A DNA stretch of 63,936 nucleotides, filler included, from Ministeria vibrans ATCC 50519 (Eukaryota; Protista; Filasterea): NCBI GenBank assembly GCA_943704425.1. It is 5 parts of 5 records of this genome, joined end to end, with 100 filler letters (N's around TTAATTAATTAA, not from the genome) between each part and the next. Parts side by side here need not be neighbours in the genome. Positions count along the whole stretch, not along the records: positions 1 to 20,147 come from CALSCP010001759.1; 4 more parts are not named here. One strand, written 5' to 3'. Shown here piece after piece: positions 1 to 13,947 of this stretch; within the stretch, counting starts at the first letter, position 1, and each line of letters begins with the position of its first letter. The position numbers and the translations under genes were made by a program. A model generated the notes under the pieces. The model had not been told where the DNA came from. It made no database searches and worked only from the letters and a program-made list of their open reading frames with translations.

Positions 1-122
1 AAAACAAAAAAAAAAAAAAAAAAAAAAGAGAGGTACTGAAAGAACAGAACAGAAAAGAGCGGAAAAAAGCAGCGGAGGACAAGAACGAGGACAAGATGTT
101 ATGAGAGGAAACCCATGCGTAC

Positions 123-280
123 CGACAGAAGTGATGGTTACACGATGTAATGGCAGTGTGTTCGAAAAGTTCGAGGCAGATGGAACAAGAGAGTTCGCGC
201 GTCAAAAGACGAATTTCTTCGCGCACTACTCGCACCGCCTGACCCGGAGCCTGATGGTACACTTCAACTTCACCGCTCAT
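123..280 (-). CDS. First exon of a RING-finger (C3HC4) E3 ligase, BRCA1/BARD1-like N-terminus; gene continues off the window start
   Basis: Not in the ORF track. ATG at 280 reads MSGEVEVYHQAPGQAVRVVREEIRLLTRELSCSICLELFEHTAITSCNHHFCR, then a GTACGC donor at 122. CxxC...CxHxFC is the first part of a RING domain. Confidence 0.75.
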
Positions 281-580
281 GCAAAATAATGTGATTAATT
301 TATAATAAATAATAATTATTATTTTTATTAAAATAAATTTTATTCTTAAAGAATACAACCATTTTTCACACATTTTTTATGTGTGATACAGTCACCGGGA
401 TGAACAACAACAGCAGTAGAGGAACTTCAATTACTCCCTAGTCCCTAGTCCCTACTGTTTCCCTTAGTTGAAGGAAGGAGTTGCACAATTCTCAACAAAA
501 TAATCAATAAGGTGTGCCTTTCGTTTCAGTTTTCATTGCAAAAGGCGTGAGAAATGTACATAGTTGTGTGAAAGAGGCAA

Positions 581-1834
581 TCAGTTTCCGGCGCCAAGAA
601 GGAGCAGGGCGATCATGAGACAGACAACAACAGTGATGACGGTGAAGTCGATGACGGCGCACACAGGGACCATGAACATACAGCAGCCAACGTAGCGCTG
701 CTGCTTGCCTGCGCACTGGGTAAGGATGCAGAATTTGCACTGTGACACGGTATGAGATCGAGGCAGAAGAACATAAAAGAGAAAAAAAAAATGTGCGTGT
801 GAGTGAAACGGAAAGAAGGAAAGAGAGGGAGGGAGGGAGGGAGGGAGAGAATTTTCCATTGCTTCTGAATTGACATTTCGTATGTCATCGGCTGCAACGG
901 CAAATAACCGGCAATCAACATCTAAATAGTCTACCTTTCGGTGGCAGTCGTCTGGGAAGGTGTCGCGGGCGGTGCCTTGTTGTGCGGGACAGCACACAAC
1001 GGAACCGCACTTTTCGAGGCTTGAGCCGGGACAGAGAGTGTACAGACCGTCGGCATCAAGCGAGGCGGATGCCGCGCCAGGCTGGCTTGTAACGGGCGGA
1101 GCGGGATCAGGGTCAAAACCGACGGCAGAGCTGTCCGAGTGGAAACCACTGATGACGTGATCGCGTTGGTGCACTAAGAGCGAAGAGGCGTCACTGACGT
1201 TGTTGTTGGCCGGAGAGTAAGCGGGAGGCGCAGTCAAGTCGGCGGCATTGAGTGGATACGCATGTGGTCTGATAAGCGTGTCCGAGTGTGTGCGATGGAG
1301 TGTTGAGCTGCCAGACGACACCTGCGGGAGGGTTGACGACGAGTTGGTGTGTTGCGACTGTGGCGGTGGATATGCAGCGGCGCTGGGCGCCGAAGGAGGA
1401 TACATTGCCGAAGGGGCCAGTGGAGCCGACGGTGGCGGGTAGGCTGGAGAGAAGGAGGCGCTGGCGGGCGGGTAGGCGGCGGGGAGGCTCGCTGAATGTG
1501 AATGCTGCTGCTCAAACAGCGCATTGTAGTCGGGGGGCGCCTCGTCGGGCTCGTCCTCGTCGACACAGGCATCCATAGTGGAGGGAGGCGGAGGAGCGCT
1601 TGGGGCGACGTGAGACGCGGCATTGAACGCTGGAGTGAACGCCCCTTCCGCGATTTCAACAACCTGAAAAAAAAAACGATAACAAAGGCGAACGCGAAAG
1701 AGGAGACGAGTAAGATACGGAGTTGGCAAACATGCTGTGTATGGATGTATGCGTCTGTGTGTGGCGTTACGATAAGAGGGAATGTTTACCGAAGCAGACG
1801 AGGTGGACGAAGCGCTGCGGGAGATGTCAGACAT
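581..1834 (-). CDS. Pro-rich protein with PSAP/PPxY motifs, Cys-rich region and C-terminal membrane anchor (about 3 exons)
   Basis: The ORF reads through two apparent introns (about 1665-1788 and 742-934, pyrimidine tract + CAG). Contains PSAP x3, PPDY, PPAY, Cys clusters and a hydrophobic C-terminus (VITVVVCLMIALLLLG). Confidence 0.6.
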   Translation of the reverse strand: MSDISRSASSTSSASVNIPSYRNATHRRIHPYTACLPTPYLTRLLFRVRLCYRFFFQVVEIAEGAFTPAFNAASHVAPSAPPPPSTMDACVDEDEPDEAPPDYNALFEQQHSHSASLPAAYPPASASFSPAYPPPSAPLAPSAMYPPSAPSAAAYPPPQSQHTNSSSTLPQVSSGSSTLHRTHSDTLIRPHAYPLNAADLTAPPAYSPANNNVSDASSLLVHQRDHVISGFHSDSSAVGFDPDPAPPVTSQPGAASASLDADGLYTLCPGSSLEKCGSVVCCPAQQGTARDTFPDDCHRKVDYLDVDCRLFAVAADDIRNVNSEAMENSLPPSLPPSLSFFPFHSHAHFFFLFYVLLPRSHTVSQCKFCILTQCAGKQQRYVGCCMFMVPVCAVIDFTVITVVVCLMIALLLLGAGN

Positions 1835-2026
1835 GATCGTACGAGACGCAAGAGTACCGAGAGAACTCCGATCAATACCTGCTCAAGATAAACAGGCAAA
1901 ATAAAACAAACTGTACTACTGCAGTGTTGACGAATTGACTTGAGTGTTGCCTGTCTGAGTTGGAAACGTTTAACTTTTTTTGAATTTTTCAATTTTCAAT
2001 TTTTTACGCTCACAGCTCACTTTAGC

Positions 2027-4782
<2,756 letters not shown>

Positions 4783-5145
4783 AACAAAACCAAACATATT
4801 AACATAATAACATGAATACGTCTAAAGTTCAATACTACTAATTAAGACGTGAGAATTCGATAGTAATTATAATCATGCGACATGCAACAGGGGAAAGTCT
4901 GGGGAATGTATTGTTTATTGTGATTTTGAGCTCTCTGATTTCGCTTTCGTTTGTGAAGATGTGAATAAATTATGTGATTAGATTGAATACTACTTACTGT
5001 ACAGTGTACAGGCCGTGCAGCTGAGTGAGCTGACTGAGCTGAGTGACTGGGTGACTGAGTCCGAGTGGACTATTTCTTCTTGATTGTATACGCTTGACAC
5101 TTTTCTTTTTCTGTTGTGATTGAACTATAGATCAAAGTACTATTG

Positions 5146-6231
5146 ATGCCCAAGGTCGAGAGTCACCGGATAAGTCCATATTGCTTTGGCGCCGTTGCGC
5201 ATATGAAGGGGGAAGCGCGAGAGAAGGAGGCTGTGGCGTTGCTGAAACGAGCGGTCGACCATGTCAGTCCATGAAACGCCCTTTCGACGAGCTCTCACCA
5301 CGCGCTGCATATCTAGGTGTTGCCCGTGATGGAGAAGCACCGGTGGAAGGTGGGAAAACTGAAAGAGGTAGGAGACGTGGCGTTCCGTCGACTGCATCTG
5401 AAACCATCTTCGAATGTTCTATGGCAACAACAGTTCTTTCCGGCGCAGGCGTCGCTGCTGGGCATCAATGTGAACCGGGGACAGACGGTGTGTGTGAGGC
5501 TACGACCGCCCGAGGATCGTGGGCAGTTTTATCCGTTCGAATCGATACTGGGCACACTGTTGCACGAGCTTACGCACAATGTTGTGGGTCCGCACAATGC
5601 ATCGTTTTACAAACTGCTCGACGAAATTACGCTGGAGACCGAGCAAAACATGGTCAACGGAGCAATTCAACGTGACGCTCCGACGTTTGTGAATGCGGGA
5701 AAGGGAACGCGTCTTGGCGGAAGCCCAATGGGAGACGCACGAAGTGCAGCGCGACAGGCTGCCGAGCGCCGTCAGCGCAGCGCAGTGCTCTCGCAGGGTA
5801 GTGGTCAACGATTGGGCGGACAACGCCTCAAAGGCTTGACTCCACGTGAAGCTGCTGTGATGGCGGCTGAAAGACGACTACGCGACGCGGTGGCGTGCGG
5901 TACGGATAATGCAACACACGACAGCTTGAAGCCTATTCGCCTGACACGCCAAGCAAGTGACGCTGCCGCTGCTGCCGTTGCTGCAACATCTACCCTCTCC
6001 GCTCCCGAATGGGCGTGCTGTCGCTGTTCGTTTCTCAACAGCGCCATGCACTTTGTGTGTTCGATGTGTGAGCAAGGGCGACGCGAGCAGCAGACGGCTG
6101 GTGAGTGGGCCTGTAGAGCGTGTACTCTCATGAATCGTGAGGTGTCACTTTCGTGCGATGCTTGCGATGCTCCTAGATTATTAGCAGGGGATAAGACTCC
6201 GAAGAGTGATTTAGTGACTGTTGTACTATAA
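5146..6231 (+). CDS. WSS1: DNA-protein crosslink metalloprotease Wss1 (WLM domain) with SHP/VIM p97-binding motifs and two RanBP2-type zinc fingers
   Basis: ATG at 5146 and two short introns (second at 5368-5433). Spliced product reads KLKEFFP..LLGINVNRG..VRLR..TLLHELTHNVVGPHNASFY (HExxH), GxGxRLGG x2, REAAVMAAERR, WxCxxCxxxNxxxxxxCxxC x2 and a terminal SIM-like DLVTVVL. Confidence 0.9.
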
Positions 6232-6336
6232 CAATAATAATTATTCTTAAAAAACTTGATTTACTGTGAACTTCAATGTTATTGTTAAACACTTAAAAAA
6301 TTTAAATTCAATTTATTACACAACTTATTTTTAATC

Positions 6337-7793
6337 ATGGGGGCTGCGTGTAGCGCGGCACACAGCGTCCGCATGTTGGAGCCCATTGATCCGACTGTCG
6401 CAGCCAAGCAAAGTGCGGAGCGGCCGGTCAAGCTGGCGTGGACTGATCGTGACGCTGAGCCGCCGCACACCGGTCGCGCCCCTGCGCACGCGGGCGCTGA
6501 AGAGACGCCCTCGACGCCAAGTGTCCACAGTGTATGCACGCTTACAGAGAGCACGACCAGCCGGCTGCAGAGGTACGCGTACTACAGTACAGCGGCACTT
6601 CTTTGGATCGTTTGACAACAATTGACAATAGGGCGTCGCTCTCGTCATCCTCGCTCGGCTCAATTTCCATCGGTTTCCGGCCTCACGCCGGGTCTGTCCA
6701 CCCGCTTGTCGAGACACCCACGAGCGTCGAGGGGGTGCCCATTTGGGAGAACTTCAAGCCCTCGACTTCTAACGTCACACCCACGTCGCTTCCGCCTCTG
6801 CTGCTGCCCCTCTCGTCAGTCCCTGTCGCCTCCACCGCCACAGCTGCAAGACGACGTCGCAGCGATAGCAACAGTGGTGCGCGAACACCGTCGACGTCGA
6901 CACCAGCGACCGTCTTTGAAGACACGCCACTCAGCGTCGAACTTCCTCCGCTTCCGAGTGCACCACGCCCCGCGCGTCGCGGCATCCATGCGTCCGCACC
7001 AGGACCACGTCTCACCATGCCAAACCTCTCTTTGAGTCCCTTTCCCGAGGGGGCCTCCTCTGCACCGCCGACCGTGGTGACGGCTAATGCTGAAACCATG
7101 CGTCACTTGCCACCCATCAAAACGCCGACGGACTCCCAACCTTCCTTCTGGCCATGGACCGAGGTGAAACGCGACGTGCTTGTGCACCACGCCCACTCAT
7201 CGCCTTTTGCACGCCATTCGTTTGCCGGAGATCATCCCGACTGGACACTTAATCTCAAGACGCCGAATGCATGTGCATCACTCAAGCCGTGCTCGCCCGA
7301 CACACATGCGTCGACCACATCAATATCTGGCGACGACAACGACACGTCGTGCACCACGTGCACCACCATTGATTCGCCTTTGATTGCACAGCGGCATCTC
7401 GGTGCTAGCATATCTCCAGACTGTCTTGAGGTTGAGTCCACATCGATTTCATCGTCCATGATGAGCGACAATCCAGTCAAGACACCTCAAACCACGAGAG
7501 CACAATATGTACATGGCGACCCCACACTGGGCGTGTCGATATCGTCCCCTTCTAGCAGCTGCAGTCGTCTTGGCTTGCACGCTATCCCAATAGCGCCTAT
7601 CATTAGCGACGAGAGCAACCATAGCAACGGCGGCAGCGGTGATGGTGGCGGTGGCTCTACGATGGGTCTGTACAGTCGTCGTCTCGCAGACTCTGGCGTG
7701 CGTCTGGGCTCCGCCTGCAGTGTTTACTCTCTTCGCAGCTCCGCTTGCTCCTCTTCTACTCCCGTCTCGTCTCCCGCCTCCCTCCGAGCTTGA
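6337..7793 (+). CDS. Ser/Pro/Thr-rich disordered protein, probably N-acylated
   Basis: Starts MGAACS (Gly2, Cys5). An intron at about 6573-6631 joins ORF 6337 to the frame of ORF 6534-7793. Confidence 0.55.
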
Positions 7794-8079
7794 ATATGCA
7801 ATCTGAACAAAACTGTGTGTGAAACAAACAAATAACAATAATAAGAAAAATAATTAGTAGAGGATCAAGAGCTGTACTCAACGTCAAAACATACACAAAA
7901 AACGAGCAGCACAATACTTCCGCCGTAGACTAAATGACTACAGCTCTCGATTCTCTATTTATTCTGGATAGCGATTGCACTTGTGCTTTTGTTGTAGATC
8001 TGGTGACTGTAACATGAATAAAATGATTGTGTTGTATTCTATTTATTTTCTTAATACATTTCTGTTGATCGATTGCAGC

Positions 8080-10619
8080 ATGCGCTGCTCACTGACACTC
8101 GCAATCGTTGTTTTCATTGGCACATGCGCGGCTCGAGGCGAGCCTGTGTACACGCAGTATTACTCGGATCGGCTGCTCTTCAGCCATCCTCCCGCCAACT
8201 CGCCGCCGTGGCCGCAGCTGCCGCTAGAGGGCGCAAAGCAGGTGGCCGTGTCGCCCACGGATCCACAGCGAGCGTGGGTTGTTGATAGCAAGGGGGACCT
8301 GTGGACAGTCGACGGGGAGGGGCAGGCGGAGCGTTTGCAGTTTTTGTCAACAGCCGTTGCCGCTCTCGACGTGGACACGACTGCACACGCGGCTGTGACC
8401 CTCTCCACGACAGGGCTTGTTCAATTTTGGACGTGCCGCTCGGACAGCGACTGCCAGCGGATGGCCACGGGCCAAATGGGCGCAGGCCTGACGCACGGAA
8501 TTGTGCGCTGGTTCAACTCCCAAACCGCATACCTTGTCGTCGGCGAAGTTGGCTGGAAAGCGCGCGTGGTGGGCGCTGCCGTGACCGTCGAGCGTGTCGG
8601 TGGACTGCCTGCGCATGTGTCGAGTGTTGCCACCCACGAAGGAGTCTATGTTGCGTTTGGTGCGGCGACGGGCGTGTGGTATTCGCGCAATGGCGGTGTC
8701 ACGTACGAGTATGAATTTCAAGGGGCGACCGTTGAAGAAGCGGTGCATGCCGTTGCCTTTACACATGCCGTTGTCAACGATGGCTTGAGTGGCGAGGGCA
8801 CCGCTGCGGCGCGACTGTGGGTCGCATGCAATTCGGACGGACTCAACTATGTGACGCTGGAGCAAGGGACGGGACTTGCTTTGCACGCAATGCTTCGCTG
8901 GGGCGGTACCCAGGGCCTTCCCCTGGCCAACGTCACCATGCTGACACACTGGCACTTTCCACAAGGTACAGAGCGCCTAGAGGAGCGTCGCGATTACGAC
9001 GCGTCCTCGTCCAGTGCACTGCTGGCGTGCACGCACGGTCAGGGCTGTGCTCTTCTCGACGATGCGACGCGCAATCCCACGGCGGGAGCATTCGAGGGTG
9101 CGAGTAGCCCACCGTTGTGGCGGGTGTTTGCTGGAGCGCGATGGCTTTCGGGCGACACGGTGCTCTCGGGCGACTGCTTCAACGGGACGGCGTGGGTGCT
9201 GACGACAAGCGGACTGTCGCGCCTGCACAAGCGCCTTGAGACCGTCTCGGCCAAGAACGAGCACTACGAAAAGCAAGTGTACCCACGTCACAACCGCTTT
9301 GGCTTGGTCGCTCCCGTTCCTCTTGCGCGTTTCGGTGACCTCGCGTCGTACACACCGAGTGACGGCGACAACGACGGCGGATTCACCTGCTACTACATCA
9401 CGGCGCAGACCATGCGCCTGCGCGTCACCCACAACGAGTCTATTGTGGCCGCCACCTGGCCTCATATCAATGCTGTCGAGTTTCTCCACAACGTCACTAC
9501 GGTTCCAGGTACGCTCCTTGTTGGTTCCTCTTCCCGCTCACTCTTTCTGGTGATGATCGCTTTTTAGGTCTGGTTGCACGCACCGTTGTGAAATGCGGAA
9601 CGCCACACGGCACCGGGGACGTGCCGGACGGATGGCACAACTCGTCAGTGTGCTTCAACGGCGTGGATGCGCCGGGGGCAACGGATTGCTGCTGGACTTG
9701 GAAGGCGGACACGAGCAGCGACGAGATCACGACGCACGTGCTGGGCCTTGCAGACGCACACGACCACTTGACGCGCACGCCGAACGAGCGCCGCCGCCTT
9801 GCCACCGCTCTCTGCCGCATGGTTGCCTACATTACCGACAATGGCTTCCGTCTCATCGACATCTCCGGCAATCGCACCACCTGGGGCTACTGGGACCCTC
9901 CCACCCTCAACGGCGACCCTTCCGCAAGTGACGAGCGCGGCATCAACTCCCTGGAGATGCTTGCCTATCTGGCACAGGCGGAGCGCGTCTGCGGTGCCGA
10001 CGCCACGCTGCCCCGTCCTCGTAACGAGTCGTTTGGCGGGGCGTTTGCGCGTCTTGCGCTGGACCACGGATACATGCAGAACTTGGTGCGTGCGCTCACC
10101 ACGACGCCTGGCGACATCGCCTACTTTGACCATCGTCTCGCCTTTGACTCGTACGCACTGCTCTTTGGGGCACTTGATGTTCTCTCGGCCGCGCAACTGC
10201 ACCTGACAGACGCGCAGCTGAGCCAGCTGCGGAGCGCGGCGCGCTTCTCTCTCGACACGTACTATGCGGGTGTTGCGTCTGAGCACAGCTATCTGTGGGC
10301 GAGCGTTTATGCGCTCATCACACGCTCACACACGCCGCAGCAGCGCACACAGGCACTGTGGAGCTACACACGACACCCCACGTCGCTGATTGAGTGGCCA
10401 GCTCGCAACTCGCACCGGCTGGACCATACGACGGACGGCGACTACGTGCGCTGCTGCAACGCCTTGCACAGCACGACGCCCGTTGCGCCTGACGAGTCGG
10501 GACACATCCGCTGGGACAAAGACCCCTTTACGCTCGACGGAGGCTCGGGTCTCAACGAGGACAGCCCTTCTCTCTTTCTCATTGGTTACTACACAATGCT
10601 TCTCGCTGGGTTCTTGTAA
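8080..10619 (+). CDS. Secreted protein with beta-propeller-like N-half and probable alpha/alpha-barrel C-half; resembles an uncharacterised, mainly bacterial family
   Basis: Signal peptide MRCSLTLAIVVFIGTCAA. One intron at about 9509-9568 joins ORFs 7975 and 9588. Motifs DNDGGFT, WKADTSSDE, TTWGYW, ERGINSLE, EWPARNSHRLD and WDKDPFTLDGG. Confidence 0.7.
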
Positions 10620-10709
10620 AAACAAACATTCGTTGGTTTCATTGTTTTCTTTTAAAATTTTTATGGTTGGAATTGCGAAGTCGCGTTGTTTGGGCGGCGT
10701 CTCCATTCA

Positions 10710-10766
10710 TTACTCGCACTCGCGAGGGGGAATGAAATCCTGAGGATCAGCGAAGATCACTATGAG

Positions 10767-10829
<63 letters not shown>

Positions 10830-12174
10830 GGAGAAAGAAACAGTGATAAAGAGAAAATAAAGTGATGGAGAGAAATAAAGTGATAGAGAGAAAGAAAGAA
10901 GCAAGGTAATAGAGAGAGAGGGTTAGAATTAGGATTAGGTGTAGGGTTGGGAGTCGAACCGGTGTCAAAGTAGTGGAAGGTGACGGACGAGGAGATGTTG
11001 CGGGCATCGACCTCATGGACAAAGACGCCTATGCAAGAAAAAGAGAGAGAGGGTGAGAAGAGCGAATGAACGAATAATAATAAAAAAAAACAAAAAAAAA
11101 GCTATCGTACAGTCCTTGTCGGTGAAGGATCCGTGCCAGTGACCACCATGGTGCAGGCGCTCCTCGTAGTTGTTCACCTGGCCGTGGGAAACACAAAAGA
11201 GATAGAGTAAGCAAACGTATTGCGATGGGGGTGGGCGGAGTTCTTACGATGATGCCGTACTCGGGCGAGCCGATGGTCTGGCTTCCACTGTGACGGAACA
11301 TTAACGCATTGCTGTTAGATGATTATTTTCTTACGTGAAGGTCGCGTTGGCGGGGACGCCAATCTCGTGCCAGGGGTGGTGGATGGGTCCCTTCTCGCAA
11401 TGCTTCGACGACAGGTCGTAGCGGTAGACAATGTTCTGTTGTACACACAGTCACAAGTTAAAAACGATCTGTGCACATACATAAAACACGAAATTAAAAT
11501 GGTACCTCCTTGTGGAGCTCGATGATGTCGTAAAAGCGACGGCCCGGGGTGTGAGCATGGACCTCTTCGAGACGGCGGACACGCTTGCTGCAATCAGTTG
11601 CGAGTGAGAGCGGATCACAAAACAAGCGAGTCAAAACAAAGAATAAACCCGAAAAAATTGCGGGATCCAACAAAGGACGCAGAGTAAAACACCCTCGCAC
11701 ACGCACGGGAGAGAAAAGGCGAACGGAGTGGCGGCATCTTCATCTTTGTGCCATTGATAAGAATACAAATAAAAAAGAAGCACAAACGACCGCTCGCGAT
11801 TCGTACTTGGACTGGTCAACGGTGAGGCGGTAGCGGTTCTCGGTACCATCACTACAGAGGAAACGCGATGAGTGCGGATGAGAGAGAAGAGCCGGCAAAG
11901 TTTGTCAACACGAAAAACCCCATGACAGGTCCATCGGGGACGCGCAGGGCCGGTGCAGCCGTGTCAGGCCCTTACCCATGGTTAAACTCGTGGACGTTGG
12001 CGGTGAACCTGTACGGAAAGGGCGGCAAGTGAGCGCACAGCGTCGTGTTTAGTTTCGTGTGTTTTTTTTTTCTCTTCTGATCGCAACGTACGCCTGGGGC
12101 GACACACACGCCTGGGGCACCTGGGCGAAGGCAGCGGCGGCGCACAGAGCAGCGACAAGAATGACAGTCTTCAT
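10710..12174 (-). CDS. Ependymin-related protein (EPDR), 9 exons, about 190 aa
   Basis: Manual splicing with all GT-AG introns gives MKTVILVAALCAAAAFAQVPQACVSPQAFTAN...NKRVRRLEE...YRYDLSSKHCEKGPIHHPWHEIGVPANATFTGSQTIGSP...DKDCVFV...DPQDFIPPRECE. It has a signal peptide and the ependymin Cys pattern with the VPxxATF and DPxxFxPPxxC motifs. Confidence 0.85.
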
Positions 12175-12303
12175 CGTCAAAGGAGAAATAGTGAAGAGAC
12201 AGAGTGAGTCAGAAGTTTTTTTTTGCACTCATTGATCTGCTCATTTTTGAAGTGTCAACACTTTATTTAAATCGTCACACACCCACACAGGTCTAAATGA
12301 ACA

Positions 12304-13890
12304 ATGCGGATACACCAGGGACTCATTAGCTGGAACGATAACGGCCTGGCAAAGTGCGGCAAGTTCTTTCCAGGCCACGTCCGTAGTGGAGATGATCGTC
12401 TCAAGTTCATCTCGGAAACGTTTGCAACTCTCGAGGTACCGTTCAAATCCGGGCAGTCCGACTCTTTGACACACTTGCACACGTAGGTAGACACCTCAAA
12501 CTATGCCATTCCCACCGCGGCGACCGTAAGGAGGTGGTGTGCAGTCACAACTCACGGCTTTACGCTGCACGTCAAGGCGTTTGCTCTCTTGACCCGACAT
12601 CCCGTTCAAATGGCACAAATCCCGCACGCTGTCCGTTCTGCGTTCCCGCCCGCCCTACTACAGCGACAGCAGGTGCGCTACGAGGATCTGGGTCCGGCCA
12701 ATTGCGATGCTTTGTGGGACTATTTCAATCTCTCCATTGAACCAGTGCGTCTTCCTTGGTTGTTTACCCCTTCGCCACTAATTATTTTTCGTTGTTTTTA
12801 TACATAGGTGCACACCGCCGGCAAATTGGGCTGTGTCTTGTTTCAATTCGCTCAGGGCTTTTCGATCTCGGAGGCAAACATTGATATTTTGCGTCAATGT
12901 CGACAGAGCCTCGACGCTCGCTACAGGGTAACGAGCAACTGTAGTAGTGTGTCTAAGGACCCTTGCTTCTATCAACTTACACTCGATTGGTTTATCTCTT
13001 TCTCTAACTCTCTCTATCACTTTGACTCTCACTTTGTCTGTATCACTCCTATACTCCCTTCTCTCTGTGGCACTTTGTTTCGTTTCCTCTCCCTCCTCTC
13101 CCTCTCTCTTTTAGATTGCAATTGAACTTCGTTCACGTTCTTGGACGACTCCGGTCAAGCTGGCAACAACCCTTGCTCTTTTGCGTTCTCTGGGCGCAAC
13201 CCTTGTCGCTGTAGACGAGCTGCAACACGAGCTGTACAACCAGCCACTACCTGCTGTGCCGCACGTCATGCCAATTGAGCTGCACGTTACATCACCCGAC
13301 TTCTTTTATGCGCGTGTGCACCGACGTGCTGGCACCCAGCGCCTGTTAAGCGCCGTCGAGATTCGCGACTGGGCCGACCGTCTGCATGCACTGGTGGCGT
13401 CGGGGAATCTCAGTCCTGAAGCGAATGTGTACATTGTGTGGGGCACTGATCACGAGGTAGTGTAGCAAGCTATGTACTCCGCTGCGTCTCAACTACGCGT
13501 TTTATTCAGGACCAAAGTGTGGCAAATGCCGAGCGACTAGCAGAGGCATTGGATGATCTTGCGTACAACTGGCGCAAACATCAGAAGAGCCGACCGGGCG
13601 GTCTAATGTCGTTGTTTGCCAAGCAGGCGGAGAAGAGTCCGGCCAAACGACGGCGCGAGGATGAGGCGGGAGTGGCGGCAGAGGCAGTCGTGCAGCGACC
13701 ACTCTGTGATGATGTGGTCGTGGTGGAGGATGACAATGAGAATGGGCGCAAGTCTGACAAAGGAAAACGACCCGCGGCCACAGCGGCATCAGGGTCACCA
13801 GTGACAGTGGCGAGTCCCGAACGGAAGAAGCAAAAGGTGGCGGGCCCTTCAATTTTGTCGTTCTTCAAAAAGGAACGCGATTTGAAATAA
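12304..13890 (+). CDS. DUF72 (YecE/UPF0759-like TIM-barrel) protein with C-terminal NLS and PIP-box-like tail, 5 exons
   Basis: Spliced product: MRIHQGLISW...TLEVDTSNYAIP...FTLHVKAF...GKLGCVLFQF...IAIELRSRSW...LVAVDE...YARVHRR, which are DUF72 motifs in order. Tail is RKKQK..PSILSFFKK. Confidence 0.85.
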
Positions 13891-13947
13891 TAATAATAAT
13901 TTAAGTTGGTATTGTTGTATGATGTACACGGAAAGGGGCGTATGACC

